In this document: piece after piece, positions 54,149-62,462 of the stretch
Layout of the letters: every line of letters starts with the position of its first letter
How positions within the stretch are numbered: position 1 is the stretch's first letter
The notes under the pieces: generated by a model
What the model was told of the DNA's origin: nothing
What the model saw: only the letters and a program-made list of their open reading frames with translations
Databases searched by the model: none
Translations under genes and position numbers: made by a program
From: an uncultured Sandaracinaceae bacterium
GTDB lineage: Bacteria > Myxococcota_A > Polyangia > Polyangiales > JAFGIB01
Direction of reading: 5' to 3'
Assembly: GCA_964450715.1 (NCBI GenBank)
Contig: CAYVFC010000003.1
Span: 5,407-69,406 of the forward strand
DNA length: 64,000 nucleotides

Positions 54149-56011
54149 ATGGTAGGTGTGGCGGCGAGATCCAGTGATCGTGCAGGTCGTTCCCTGGTAG
54201 GCCGCAGGCTCGGCCGGTACGAAGTGCTCGCCAAGCTCGCGTCCGGAGGCATGGCGGCCGTGTACGTGGCACGCGCACAAGGCGTGGCCGGATTCGAGCG
54301 CCTGGTGGCTATCAAGATCCTGCACTCCAACCTGGCCCACGAGCAGGAATTCGTCAGCATGTTCCTGGACGAGGCCCGGCTGGCCGCCCGCATCCGGCAC
54401 CCCAATGTGGTCCCCACTCTGGATATCAGCGACACCGTCTACGCCGGCTACTTCATCGTCATGGAGTACGTCGAGGGAGACCACCTGGGACAGCTGCTCG
54501 CCGGTGCGACCAAGCTCAACGATCGCATACCGCAGCCCGCGGCTATGCGTATCATGGTCGATGCTCTGAGCGGGTTGGGCGCGGCGCACAAGCTGACCGA
54601 CGAGGACGGCAAGCCGCTCAATCTGGTACACCGCGACGTGTCACCCCACAACATCATGGTGGGGCTCGACGGTATATCCAGGCTCACGGACTTCGGTGTG
54701 GCCAAGGCCGAGGACCGGCTCACCCATACGCGCGATGGACAGATCAAGGGCAAGCTCTCTTATATGGCTCCCGAGCAGGCGTCGGTAGCGCGAACCGATC
54801 CGCGGTCCGATCTCTTTTCCATAGGTATCATCTTCTGGGAATCGCTGACCGGCGTGCGCCTCTTTCGCTCCGAGACCACGGCCGGCACCCTCAACAAATT
54901 GGTGTCCGAGCCGATACCCATGCCCTCGTCGGTGGACCCCGAGTTGAAGGCCTTTGACCCCTTGCTCAAGAAGGCGCTTTCGCGCGACCCCGAGGCGCGT
55001 TTCCAGAGCGCGGACGACTTTTCCGATGCCTTGGAAAAGCTGGCGCCCGAGGTCGGCGGGATGGCCTCGCTCCGAGACGTCGGCAAGGTCGTGGAGAAGT
55101 TCGCTGCCGAACGTATAGCCGCCGACAAGAAGCGCATCAAAGAAGCTATCCAGACCTTTGGCTCGGCCGAATACGCGATCGCCGCTCGACCTCCGGGAGC
55201 CGATGACGTCATCTCCGAGCCCTCGGGCGGCTCCTGGACGGGTTCCTCGGCATCGCCGATCTCGCGTTCAGGGATGTCGGCCGCCAACTCGGCGGTCTCC
55301 AAGATGAGCGGCGTATATCCCCATGGTACCTCGCCCTCGGCCGTGGTCCGCGGGATTCCGCTACGGCCTCCCCCGCCTCCGCCTCGCCGACCGTCGGTCG
55401 CTCAGACCGAAGAGGTGGTCGAGATCTCGAGCGTGGACCTGGAGCAGTCCGAGATTTCGATCATGTCGGCCTCGCAGGTCGGGCCTGCCCCGGGTTCGCA
55501 CGGCAAACTGCTAGCGGTTCTGGCGGTCTGCTGCGTGGTACTGGCCGGGGTGGCGCTGTGGGCGATGTTCAGGGAGCTAGAACCGGGCGGCGTACGGGTG
55601 ATCCAGATGGAGACCGAGTCCGAGCCCGCGCCGCCGGCCCCGCCGCAACCCCCCCCAAAACCTCCGGAGCCGAAAAAGCCCGCCGTTTCGGATGGCGATG
55701 GCCAGCAGCAGGCCGGTTCGGACACGACAGAACAGACCAAGGCGGAAGCGTCGAAGAAGCCCGACGAGCCGAAAGCGGTCAAGCCCCCGAAACACCCGCG
55801 CCGGCCGCCCCGGGTTCGCAAGCCGCCCAAGGCTAGCAGGCCGTCCAAGATCGATAAGCCCGCCGCGGTCGCTCCGGAGCCGAAAAAATCCGACCCCCTG
55901 TTACCGGATGGCATTCTCAAGCCGACTGCGCCTAACGCCAAGCCCGCGCCTCCTCCCCCGCCGAAGAGACGCCCGGTGGACGAGCTGGATCCGAATAACC
56001 CCTATCGTTGA
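54149..56011 (+). CDS. Ser/Thr protein kinase with a TM segment and a Pro/Lys-rich C-terminal tail
   Basis: ORF track, 620 aa. Motifs are GGMAAVY...VAIK, LVHRDVSPHNIMV, DFGVAKA and YMAPEQ. Confidence 0.9.
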   Translation: MVGVAARSSDRAGRSLVGRRLGRYEVLAKLASGGMAAVYVARAQGVAGFERLVAIKILHSNLAHEQEFVSMFLDEARLAARIRHPNVVPTLDISDTVYAGYFIVMEYVEGDHLGQLLAGATKLNDRIPQPAAMRIMVDALSGLGAAHKLTDEDGKPLNLVHRDVSPHNIMVGLDGISRLTDFGVAKAEDRLTHTRDGQIKGKLSYMAPEQASVARTDPRSDLFSIGIIFWESLTGVRLFRSETTAGTLNKLVSEPIPMPSSVDPELKAFDPLLKKALSRDPEARFQSADDFSDALEKLAPEVGGMASLRDVGKVVEKFAAERIAADKKRIKEAIQTFGSAEYAIAARPPGADDVISEPSGGSWTGSSASPISRSGMSAANSAVSKMSGVYPHGTSPSAVVRGIPLRPPPPPPRRPSVAQTEEVVEISSVDLEQSEISIMSASQVGPAPGSHGKLLAVLAVCCVVLAGVALWAMFRELEPGGVRVIQMETESEPAPPAPPQPPPKPPEPKKPAVSDGDGQQQAGSDTTEQTKAEASKKPDEPKAVKPPKHPRRPPRVRKPPKASRPSKIDKPAAVAPEPKKSDPLLPDGILKPTAPNAKPAPPPPPKRRPVDELDPNNPYR

Positions 56012-56037
56012 GCGGCACGCACGGTCTGCGGTACAAC

Positions 56038-56099
56038 TGTGGTGTAGGTGTAGGGTGTAGTGTAGGTAGTGTAGGTGTAGGGTGTAGGGGGTGTAGGGG
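56038..56099. repeat. TGTAG(G) microsatellite-like tract
   Basis: Eight TGTAG cores at 56043, 56049, 56056, 56061, 56070, 56076, 56083 and 56092, with 5-9 bp spacing. The top strand is G/T-only rich. Confidence 0.8.
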
Positions 56100-56264
56100 T
56101 CGGACTTAACTATTTAACAATTGGAGGGTGCAGGGGTCGGACTTAACTGTTTAACAATTGTGTGAAGAGGGCGGACTAAACCATTTGACAATTGTAGAGA
56201 AGAAGGAATACCCAGTTGTCGACTGGTTGGTTGAATCAATTGTTAAATAGTTAAGTACGACCCC
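56096..56264. repeat. Array of three direct 26-28-bp repeats plus one inverted copy (iteron/MITE-like)
   Basis: DR1 56096-56123 is GGGGTCGGACTTAACTATTTAACAATTG. DR2 is 56133-56160 and DR3 (degenerate) is 56169-56194. The inverted copy at 56237-56264 is 27/28 complementary to DR1. It ends 1 nt before the ACP GTG start. Confidence 0.8.
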
Positions 56265-56501
56265 GTGAAGACCGAGCAAAGGCTCATCCAGCTGGCGGCC
56301 GAGCATTTCCGGCTGGAGCCGACCGGCCTTGCACCCGAGGATGACATCTTCGAGGCGCTGGGTATCGACAGCGTGCAGGTGCTCGAGCTTCTCAGCGAGT
56401 TGGAGATGTATTTCGACGTTGAGATACCCGACTACGAGCTGAGGGAGGTCAGGACCTTCGCCGAGCTGGCCGAGCAGATCGAGCGGCGTGCGGGCGTGTG
56501 A
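56265..56501 (+). CDS. Acyl carrier protein (stand-alone)
   Basis: ORF track, 78 aa, GTG start. LGIDSVQVLEL contains the phosphopantetheine Ser. No obvious SD is present. Confidence 0.75.
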   Translation: MKTEQRLIQLAAEHFRLEPTGLAPEDDIFEALGIDSVQVLELLSELEMYFDVEIPDYELREVRTFAELAEQIERRAGV

Positions 56502-56528
56502 AGGCGCGAGCATCCTCGACAGACGCAG

Positions 56529-56999
56529 ATGAGAAACTCCGAGCAGATACGGTTCGTCGATGGCGGGGAGGTGCAAGAGGCCGCCTCTCCCGAGTTCCGC
56601 ATGGAGATCGAGGCCCGGCCCGAGGACGTGGACGAGCAGGGGCACGTATCCAACGTGGTCTATGTGCGCTGGGTACAGGACGTGGCGCGCGCCCACTCGG
56701 ATGCCATCGGCTACGACCTGGACGCCTACCTGCGTATCGGTTCGACCTTCGTGGTTCGCAAGCACGAGATCAGTTACTTCCTGCCGGCCTTTGCCGGCGA
56801 CCGAATCGTGCTGCTGACCCACGTGGCCTGGTGGCGCAGCGCTATCAGCGAGAGGCGCACCCGTATCGTGCGCCTGGCGGACGACAAGGAGATCGGAAGG
56901 GCGGCCACCGTCTGGGCCTTTGTCTCGGTGAGCAACGGCCGTCTGCGTCGCATTCCTGCCGAGATCCAGGAGGCGTTTAAAAAACCGCCGCACGGCTGA
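56529..56999 (+). CDS. Hotdog-fold acyl-CoA/acyl-ACP thioesterase (4HBT/YbgC-like)
   Basis: ORF track, 156 aa. Motifs are RPEDVDEQGHVSNVVYVRWVQDV and FVVRKHEISYFLPA. Confidence 0.8.
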   Translation: MRNSEQIRFVDGGEVQEAASPEFRMEIEARPEDVDEQGHVSNVVYVRWVQDVARAHSDAIGYDLDAYLRIGSTFVVRKHEISYFLPAFAGDRIVLLTHVAWWRSAISERRTRIVRLADDKEIGRAATVWAFVSVSNGRLRRIPAEIQEAFKKPPHG

Positions 57000-57044
57000 G
57001 GGATAGAGGCCCTGGGTGAGGGTCCGAGGATCGGGAGGGTATTC

Positions 57045-58148
57045 ATGCGAGCCAGCGCGCAGTTCGATCGAGGCGAAGCGCGGCGGCCCGGAGCCGTTCA
57101 TCCGGGTGGTGCGGAGGTGACCGCGTGCTTGCTCTTGGGCCTCTGCTCGCTCTGGGTCGCCTGCGCGGCGCAAGAGACCGGCATCGACGACGCCGGTGCG
57201 AGCGGCGAGGGGGGCGGCGCGGCCGCGACCGGCACGGCTGACGGCGGCGCTGGCGCAGGCGGGACGGACGCTGCGGCCGGCAGCGGCGCGCCTCCGGAGG
57301 ACGACCCCACGGTCGAGTCCCTGTCCGGCAACGGACCCTACGGGTACGAATCGCTTCTCGGGCAGGACCGGTTCAACCCCGAGGGATTTCCCATCGCCGA
57401 CAGCGCCTTTCTTTCGGCTACCCTCTACTATCCGATCGACGCCCCGACTCCTTTCGGGGCCGTGACCGTCTGTCCCGGTTTCACCGAATCGCAGGCCGAC
57501 ATCGGCTGGTTCGGGCCTCTGCTGGCCTCCTGGGGATACGCGGTGCTGACCATGGACACGGCCAGCAGCACCGATTCCCCTCCGCAGCGCGCGCTGCAGC
57601 TGATGGCGGCGATCGAGACGCTGAAGGCCGAGAACGACCGGAGCCAGAGCCCCCTGTACGGAGCCATTGACGCATCGAAGCTCGCGCTCATGGGCCACTC
57701 CATGGGCGGCGGCGGAACGCTGATCGCGGCCGATGCGAACAGCTCGCAATTGAAAGCTGCTATTCCAATAACTCCCTATTCCGGCGCGGTCGGGGGCGGC
57801 GCCGGCACCTTCCCCAACATTACCGTCCCCACCTTGATTCTCGCCGGCCAGCTGGACGGGATCGCGCCGCCCGCCCTGAACGCCTTACCTTTCTACCAGA
57901 GCATTCCGAGCACGACCCCCAAGGCCTATGTCGAGCTGGCCGGCGAGCCGCACGGCTTGGCCAACGGATCGGCGGACGGCAGCTGCCCGTCGAGCAGCTC
58001 CTTCTCCGGAGGTTGCGGCGCGCACCACGATATCGTCGGCCGTCTCGTCGTCAGTTGGCTGAAGCTGTTCCTGGACGGCGACCAGCGCTACCGGCAGTTC
58101 ATCGCCGATGAACCGGCCTTTTCCAGTTTCGACACCACGTTAGATTGA
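57045..58148 (+). CDS. Cutinase/polyesterase-like alpha/beta hydrolase lipoprotein (actinobacterial cutinase / PET-hydrolase family)
   Basis: ORF track, 367 aa. The lipobox is LWVAC, followed by a Gly/Ala linker. Motifs are TLYYP, VCPGFTESQADIGWFGPLLASWGYAVLTMDT, LMGHSMGGGGTL (Ser), LAGQLDGIAPP (Asp), ELAGEPHGLAN (His) and SWLKLFLDGDQRYRQF. Confidence 0.85.
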   Translation: MRASAQFDRGEARRPGAVHPGGAEVTACLLLGLCSLWVACAAQETGIDDAGASGEGGGAAATGTADGGAGAGGTDAAAGSGAPPEDDPTVESLSGNGPYGYESLLGQDRFNPEGFPIADSAFLSATLYYPIDAPTPFGAVTVCPGFTESQADIGWFGPLLASWGYAVLTMDTASSTDSPPQRALQLMAAIETLKAENDRSQSPLYGAIDASKLALMGHSMGGGGTLIAADANSSQLKAAIPITPYSGAVGGGAGTFPNITVPTLILAGQLDGIAPPALNALPFYQSIPSTTPKAYVELAGEPHGLANGSADGSCPSSSSFSGGCGAHHDIVGRLVVSWLKLFLDGDQRYRQFIADEPAFSSFDTTLD

Positions 58149-58155
58149 ACAGGGT

Positions 58156-60123
58156 TCAGGGTTCGACGGCGCCGGCGGTACAGCCCTGGGCGGGGCGCGG
58201 CTGGCCGCGCTGGTCGGTGGCCGGGCAATCGCTGCCGGCCCCCAGCGCCGGGCTCGTGCCTTCGGGCATCAGGGTGGCGGTGGGACCGCCGTTGTCCGCG
58301 AGCGCGCCCAGAAGCGCGTTCTGCCAGGTGATGCCGGCGGTGCAGGGGTTGTCGTCCTGGTCGTTGCCGCCGACCCTCTTGGCGGGCCACTGTAGGTTGC
58401 CGGAGCCGGGCATGGTGGCAGGAGCGCCGGGGTTGTCGATGGAGCAGGTCATCGGCGTCCACTCGTGGTTGTCGGTGTTGTCGAGGAAGATGGAGTTGAA
58501 GACGGAGAGCGTGCGCCGGCTGCCGTGATTCAGGATAGCTGCTGCAAAGAAACCCTCGCCGCCGCGCGCCTCGTTGCTGGCGAAGGTGACATTGCGAACC
58601 ACTCCCTCCCCGCACGGCGGGGTCGGGGTCCAGTCGCCGCAGCTGTAGACCAGCGCCCCTCCCAGGCCGCCGTCCGTGTAGTTCCCGTAGAAGGTGCTGT
58701 TCTCGATCAGCATTTCGCTACCGTGCGCGCCCTGCTCCACCCGCACCGCTCCTCCCAGACCGTCGCTATGATTGCCGGAAAAAGTGCAGGACTGGATCTC
58801 GAGATCCACGTCCTGCACGTACATGGCGCCGCCGCCCGAACCGGCGTAGTTATCGATGAAGGCGCAGCGGTCGAAGCTGAGCCGGCTGCGCGCGCTGTTG
58901 GGCGTGCGGAAGACCGTACCCAGCTCGTTACCCTGGTTGCCCCGGAAGATGCAGCCGCAGAAGCTGTTGTGGTCGTCGGCGCCCCCGTCGATGGCGATGA
59001 CCGTTCCGTTGCCGCCGGCTCCTCCCTGGTTGGCGTGTCCGACCCCCGGACAGCCGTCGGCGTCTCCGCCGGCATAGTTGGCGCCCGTACCGGTCGCCTG
59101 GTTGTTCTCGAAAAGGCAGTTCACGAAGCTCCCTTCCGCGTGTAGCAGACCCACTGCTCCCGAGTTCGATCCCTGGTTGTCCAGGAAGCGGCTGCCGACC
59201 ACGGTCACCTCGTTCGCTCCCAGGGCATAGATGGCGCCCCCGCCCACGTCGGGACCCGGCGTGGCCGCGCGGTTGCCGGAGAAGGTGCAATCCAAGACGC
59301 GCAGCCGCCCGTCGCGCACGTACACCGCGCCCCCCGCTCCGTCCGCGTACCCGTAGGCACAGGCCGGGTTGCCCGCGTCTTCGGGCGTGTAATCGACCGC
59401 CGGCGCTTCGGCGTTCTGAAGCGTCAGGCCTTGCAGCACCACCACCGTGTCGGTGGCGCGGAAGTCCGGGCTGTCGAACTCGAAGATACGGTTCGTACGC
59501 CCATCGAGCCGGCCGCCGTCCAGGGTGATGAGCCCGCCGCCGTCCACCGTGGTGTCTCTATCCAACGGAAGCTGTAGCGCTGCGGTGACGTCTATGGTCA
59601 CCGGATCGGGCCCGCAGTTAAAGGCGATGGCACCGCCCTGGACCACGGCCGCCTCGAGCGCGGTAAAGGTACAGCTCGCCGAGCTACCGTCGCCGACCAC
59701 GTGGTCGGGTGACGAGGTGTCGACCTGGTCGATCAGCCGCGCGCAGATCTCGTCCGGGACGCTGCCCGTGGAGCCGCCCGATCCGCCTGCGCCGCCCGTA
59801 CCGCTGCTTCCCCCCTCTCCGCTCGCGCCGCCCTCTCCCGCGCCACCGGTCCCGGACCCCGCGCTGCCCGAGGCGCCGGCTTCACCGCCCGCGCCCCCGG
59901 TTCCGCCTCCGCCGCTGCCCGCGCCTGGCTCGGCGCCGCCCGCGGTGCCGCTCGATCCCGCGTTCGTGCCAGCGCTACCCGCGCTGCCGCCGTCGCCTGC
60001 GCTCGTACCGCCAGCTCCCCCGTCGGAATCGTCATCGCCGCAAGCGGTGGCGAGGGTGAGTATCGCCGTGAGTGATGCTACGACGATCCCTTCACGTGCA
60101 ATAAACCGGTTTCTGTCTCTCAT
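58156..60123 (-). CDS. Lipoprotein with Pmp-like beta-helix repeats and a choice-of-anchor-Q type C-terminus
   Basis: ORF 58156..60156, with start MRDRNRF at 60123 after GGGAGGAG. The lipobox is LTLATAC, followed by a long Gly-rich linker. Repeats of the form GGA(I/V/M)Y...F.(G/N)N are present. The C-terminus reads ADNGGPT.T....SPA...G...C...DQRG.PRP. Confidence 0.8.
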   Translation of the reverse strand: MRDRNRFIAREGIVVASLTAILTLATACGDDDSDGGAGGTSAGDGGSAGSAGTNAGSSGTAGGAEPGAGSGGGGTGGAGGEAGASGSAGSGTGGAGEGGASGEGGSSGTGGAGGSGGSTGSVPDEICARLIDQVDTSSPDHVVGDGSSASCTFTALEAAVVQGGAIAFNCGPDPVTIDVTAALQLPLDRDTTVDGGGLITLDGGRLDGRTNRIFEFDSPDFRATDTVVVLQGLTLQNAEAPAVDYTPEDAGNPACAYGYADGAGGAVYVRDGRLRVLDCTFSGNRAATPGPDVGGGAIYALGANEVTVVGSRFLDNQGSNSGAVGLLHAEGSFVNCLFENNQATGTGANYAGGDADGCPGVGHANQGGAGGNGTVIAIDGGADDHNSFCGCIFRGNQGNELGTVFRTPNSARSRLSFDRCAFIDNYAGSGGGAMYVQDVDLEIQSCTFSGNHSDGLGGAVRVEQGAHGSEMLIENSTFYGNYTDGGLGGALVYSCGDWTPTPPCGEGVVRNVTFASNEARGGEGFFAAAILNHGSRRTLSVFNSIFLDNTDNHEWTPMTCSIDNPGAPATMPGSGNLQWPAKRVGGNDQDDNPCTAGITWQNALLGALADNGGPTATLMPEGTSPALGAGSDCPATDQRGQPRPAQGCTAGAVEP

Positions 60124-60242
60124 GGCTCTCCTCCCTGGATGCACCGGGTCGAGCACCTCTTGGAGCTAAGTGCAGAAGCCAGCCGCGGATGGCTCAAGAT
60201 TGATGGCGTCTCGTCCGGTTTTCGCGGGGATCATCCATCCCC

Positions 60243-60275
60243 GTAGGGGGCGGGCCTTGCGCCCGCGCGCCGCCC
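60243..60275. repeat. Family B GC hairpin repeat copy
   Basis: GTAGGGGGCGGGCCTTGCGCCCGCGCGCCGCCC. Compare 44267-44291. Confidence 0.6.
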
Positions 60276-60433
60276 GATTCCAGGGGGGCAAGCCCCTCCG
60301 CTCGTTTACCAGAATGGTCGTACGCGGGGTCACGGGAAGCGCGCGGCAGGAGCGTTACGGTAGCCCGTTCAGCGTGAAACCCGGTGAGAAGGCTCGATCG
60401 CGCGCTTCTCGTGACCCGGAGGGGGGGCGGGGG

Positions 60434-60488
60434 GGGTCGAGCGCGGGTTGCGTCCGGCAGAGCGAGAGTTTCCGAAGCCGGACAATGC
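60434..60488. repeat. Family C repeat core copy
   Basis: GGGTCGAGCGCGGGTTGCGTCCGGCAG is 27/27 identical to 3843-3869. GCCGGACAATGC is identical to 3886-3897. Confidence 0.8.
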
Positions 60489-60643
60489 GACTCTCGCGTC
60501 CACCGAGAGTTCTGTACACGTCCCCGCCGGCAGTAGACCAGCGCCGTAAGGGGGTCGAACTCGATAAGTCGATGATTGCCGCGTGAAGACGGCGGCAAGA
60601 CGTACGATGACTGACAGCTCTCTCGACTTCTCGAGTCCGACCC

Positions 60644-61291
60644 CTAGGAAGCACGGGGGGTGGAGAGGAATGACCGAACGAGCTGCCCGATGGTGATGGT
60701 CGGCCCGCCATGCCCACAGCAGTCGTCGTCGTCCAGGTCGATGAGCCGGCTGTCGTCCTTGAACGGCTCGATGGCGGCAAAGGCCTCCGGGGTGGCCAGC
60801 GATATAAGCGCTTCCACCGCCGCCCCGGCTATAGCCGCGCTTTCGTAGCCCAGAAAGGGCTTGATGAGCTGCTCGGCGTCGGGCTCGCCTATCTCGGCGA
60901 TGATCCAGGGAAGCTGCTCCAGCGCGGGCGAGGCCTGCTTGCGCTTGAGCGCCCGCTTGACCGCGGCCGAGAACGGACGAGGTCGGTCGCAGCCCACGTC
61001 GACCAGCGCCTCGCAGGCCTGGATGCGCACCGATGGGTCGTCGTGATCGAGCAAGCGCATCAGCGCATCCAAGGTCTCCGAGCCCGGCGCTTGCGCGCAC
61101 AGGTCGGCCAGCCGCTCCAGTTGCATGCAGGCCTGCGAAGCATCGGAGAGCTTCTCGGCTTCGGCGACCGCACGAGCCAGAAGCGTGCGCAGCTCCTTGC
61201 TATTGCTCTTCAACAGGCCGGACTCGGCCTTGCGTAGCGCCTGGTCGGCGTCGAATACGGCTTTTAACTGTGCGCGCAGTGTCTTTGCCAT
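60644..61291 (-). CDS. HEAT-repeat protein
   Basis: ORF 60644..61621, with start MAKTLRAQLK at 61291. Motifs are LLDHDDPSVRIQACEALVDVG and AIAGAAVEALISL. Confidence 0.65.
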   Translation of the reverse strand: MAKTLRAQLKAVFDADQALRKAESGLLKSNSKELRTLLARAVAEAEKLSDASQACMQLERLADLCAQAPGSETLDALMRLLDHDDPSVRIQACEALVDVGCDRPRPFSAAVKRALKRKQASPALEQLPWIIAEIGEPDAEQLIKPFLGYESAAIAGAAVEALISLATPEAFAAIEPFKDDSRLIDLDDDDCCGHGGPTITIGQLVRSFLSTPRAS

Positions 61292-61304
61292 CTTGATCCC
61301 TGAA

Positions 61305-61335
61305 CCCAAAACCCCGGAAGCAGACGCTTCCGGGG
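61305..61335 (-). terminator. Intrinsic terminator after the MaoC gene
   Basis: Perfect 10-bp stem CCCCGGAAGC (61312-21) / GCTTCCGGGG (61326-35) with a 4-nt loop. The minus strand then reads TTTTGGGTT. Confidence 0.6.
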
Positions 61336-61377
61336 TCGGAAAGAGGTTGACGCTCGAACAGAGGTGAGGTGCGGCGG

Positions 61378-62235
61378 TTACTCCTCCACCACGCACCAGG
61401 CATCGCGAAGAAGGTCCTTGCCCTCCTCGTTCTTGGCGATCAGTCCGTACTTGGTCCCGCCCTCCTCGGCCGGGCCGATCTTGAAGCCCTGGAAGGTCAG
61501 CGTCTGGCCGGGGATGACCGGACGGGCGAACTGCACCCGGTAGCGCTTGAGCTTCATCGGGTCCTTTTCCGGGCCGCAGACGTTGTCCACGAAGACCTTG
61601 TGGCCGAAGGCCATGGTGCATAGCCCCTGCAGGATGATGCCGGGCAGCCCCACGTCGGTGGCGAACTTGTTGTCGATGTGGATGGGGTTGTGGTCACCGG
61701 AGGGCTCGGCGTAGATCCAGGTCTGGCCGTTACGCACTTTCATCTGCTGGGTGAAGAGGATCTCGGTCGGCTCGGCCGAGGTGCGCTTGATCTCGTCCAC
61801 GTTCTCGTCGCCGGCGCTGCGGTCGAAGAACTCCCACTTGGAGAGCACCACTTCCTCGCCGTCCTGGTTCTTGGTGACCGTGTCCCAGCCGACCACGCCG
61901 CCCTTCTTGCGGGTCTCGATGTGGGTGATGGTTCCCTCGGTGGTCAACACGTCGCCCGGCTTGATGGCCTTGAGCCATTTGAACTCCTGGGAGTAGTGAA
62001 CCACCATCATGAAGTTCATACCGATCTCCGGGTCCAGGATGACGTGGGCCGTGGGGCCGGCCGTATACCTGACTGCGTACATCGGAGGCGCGATGATCCC
62101 GCCCTCCCTTCGGTTGTCGAAGTAGGCGTCGTTGTCGTCGTTGGTTCCCAGCGCGTAGTAGATCGTCTCGTGCTGCTCGATCTGCATCGGCTCGGACGGG
62201 TATTTCTTGCCAACCACCTTGTCGTTCAATGGCAT
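61378..62235 (-). CDS. MaoC-like (R)-specific enoyl-CoA hydratase/dehydratase, double hotdog
   Basis: ORF track, 285 aa. Motifs are YAEPSGDHNPIHID and GIILQGLCTMAF. Confidence 0.85.
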   Translation of the reverse strand: MPLNDKVVGKKYPSEPMQIEQHETIYYALGTNDDNDAYFDNRREGGIIAPPMYAVRYTAGPTAHVILDPEIGMNFMMVVHYSQEFKWLKAIKPGDVLTTEGTITHIETRKKGGVVGWDTVTKNQDGEEVVLSKWEFFDRSAGDENVDEIKRTSAEPTEILFTQQMKVRNGQTWIYAEPSGDHNPIHIDNKFATDVGLPGIILQGLCTMAFGHKVFVDNVCGPEKDPMKLKRYRVQFARPVIPGQTLTFQGFKIGPAEEGGTKYGLIAKNEEGKDLLRDAWCVVEE

Positions 62236-62462
62236 TACAGACCTCCTGAGGTGTTTTTACGGATGTTTCTCGGGAACGGTTCCCTGAAACGGATCGGGGG
62301 CATCGCGCCGCACGCGAGGCGGCGAGGATTTTCGAGATCCGTACTTACTCGTAAGTGCCGAAATTTGTCAACGCGGACGCCCTTTCCCGGTAATCGACAC
62401 ACCGGCAAGGGCGGGAGCCCCGGGGCGGGACCGGGCGCGGCGGCCGATTCCGCCTTCTGCCC

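Noticed and set aside
56096-56194. Three direct 28-bp repeats considered as a mini-CRISPR
   Set aside because: The spacers are only 8-9 bp, the third repeat is degenerate, an inverted copy follows, and no cas genes are present.
56151-57749. 532-aa minus-strand ORF
   Set aside because: It is antisense to the ACP, thioesterase and cutinase-like genes, all of which have strong motifs. Its translation is Arg/Gly/Pro-rich.
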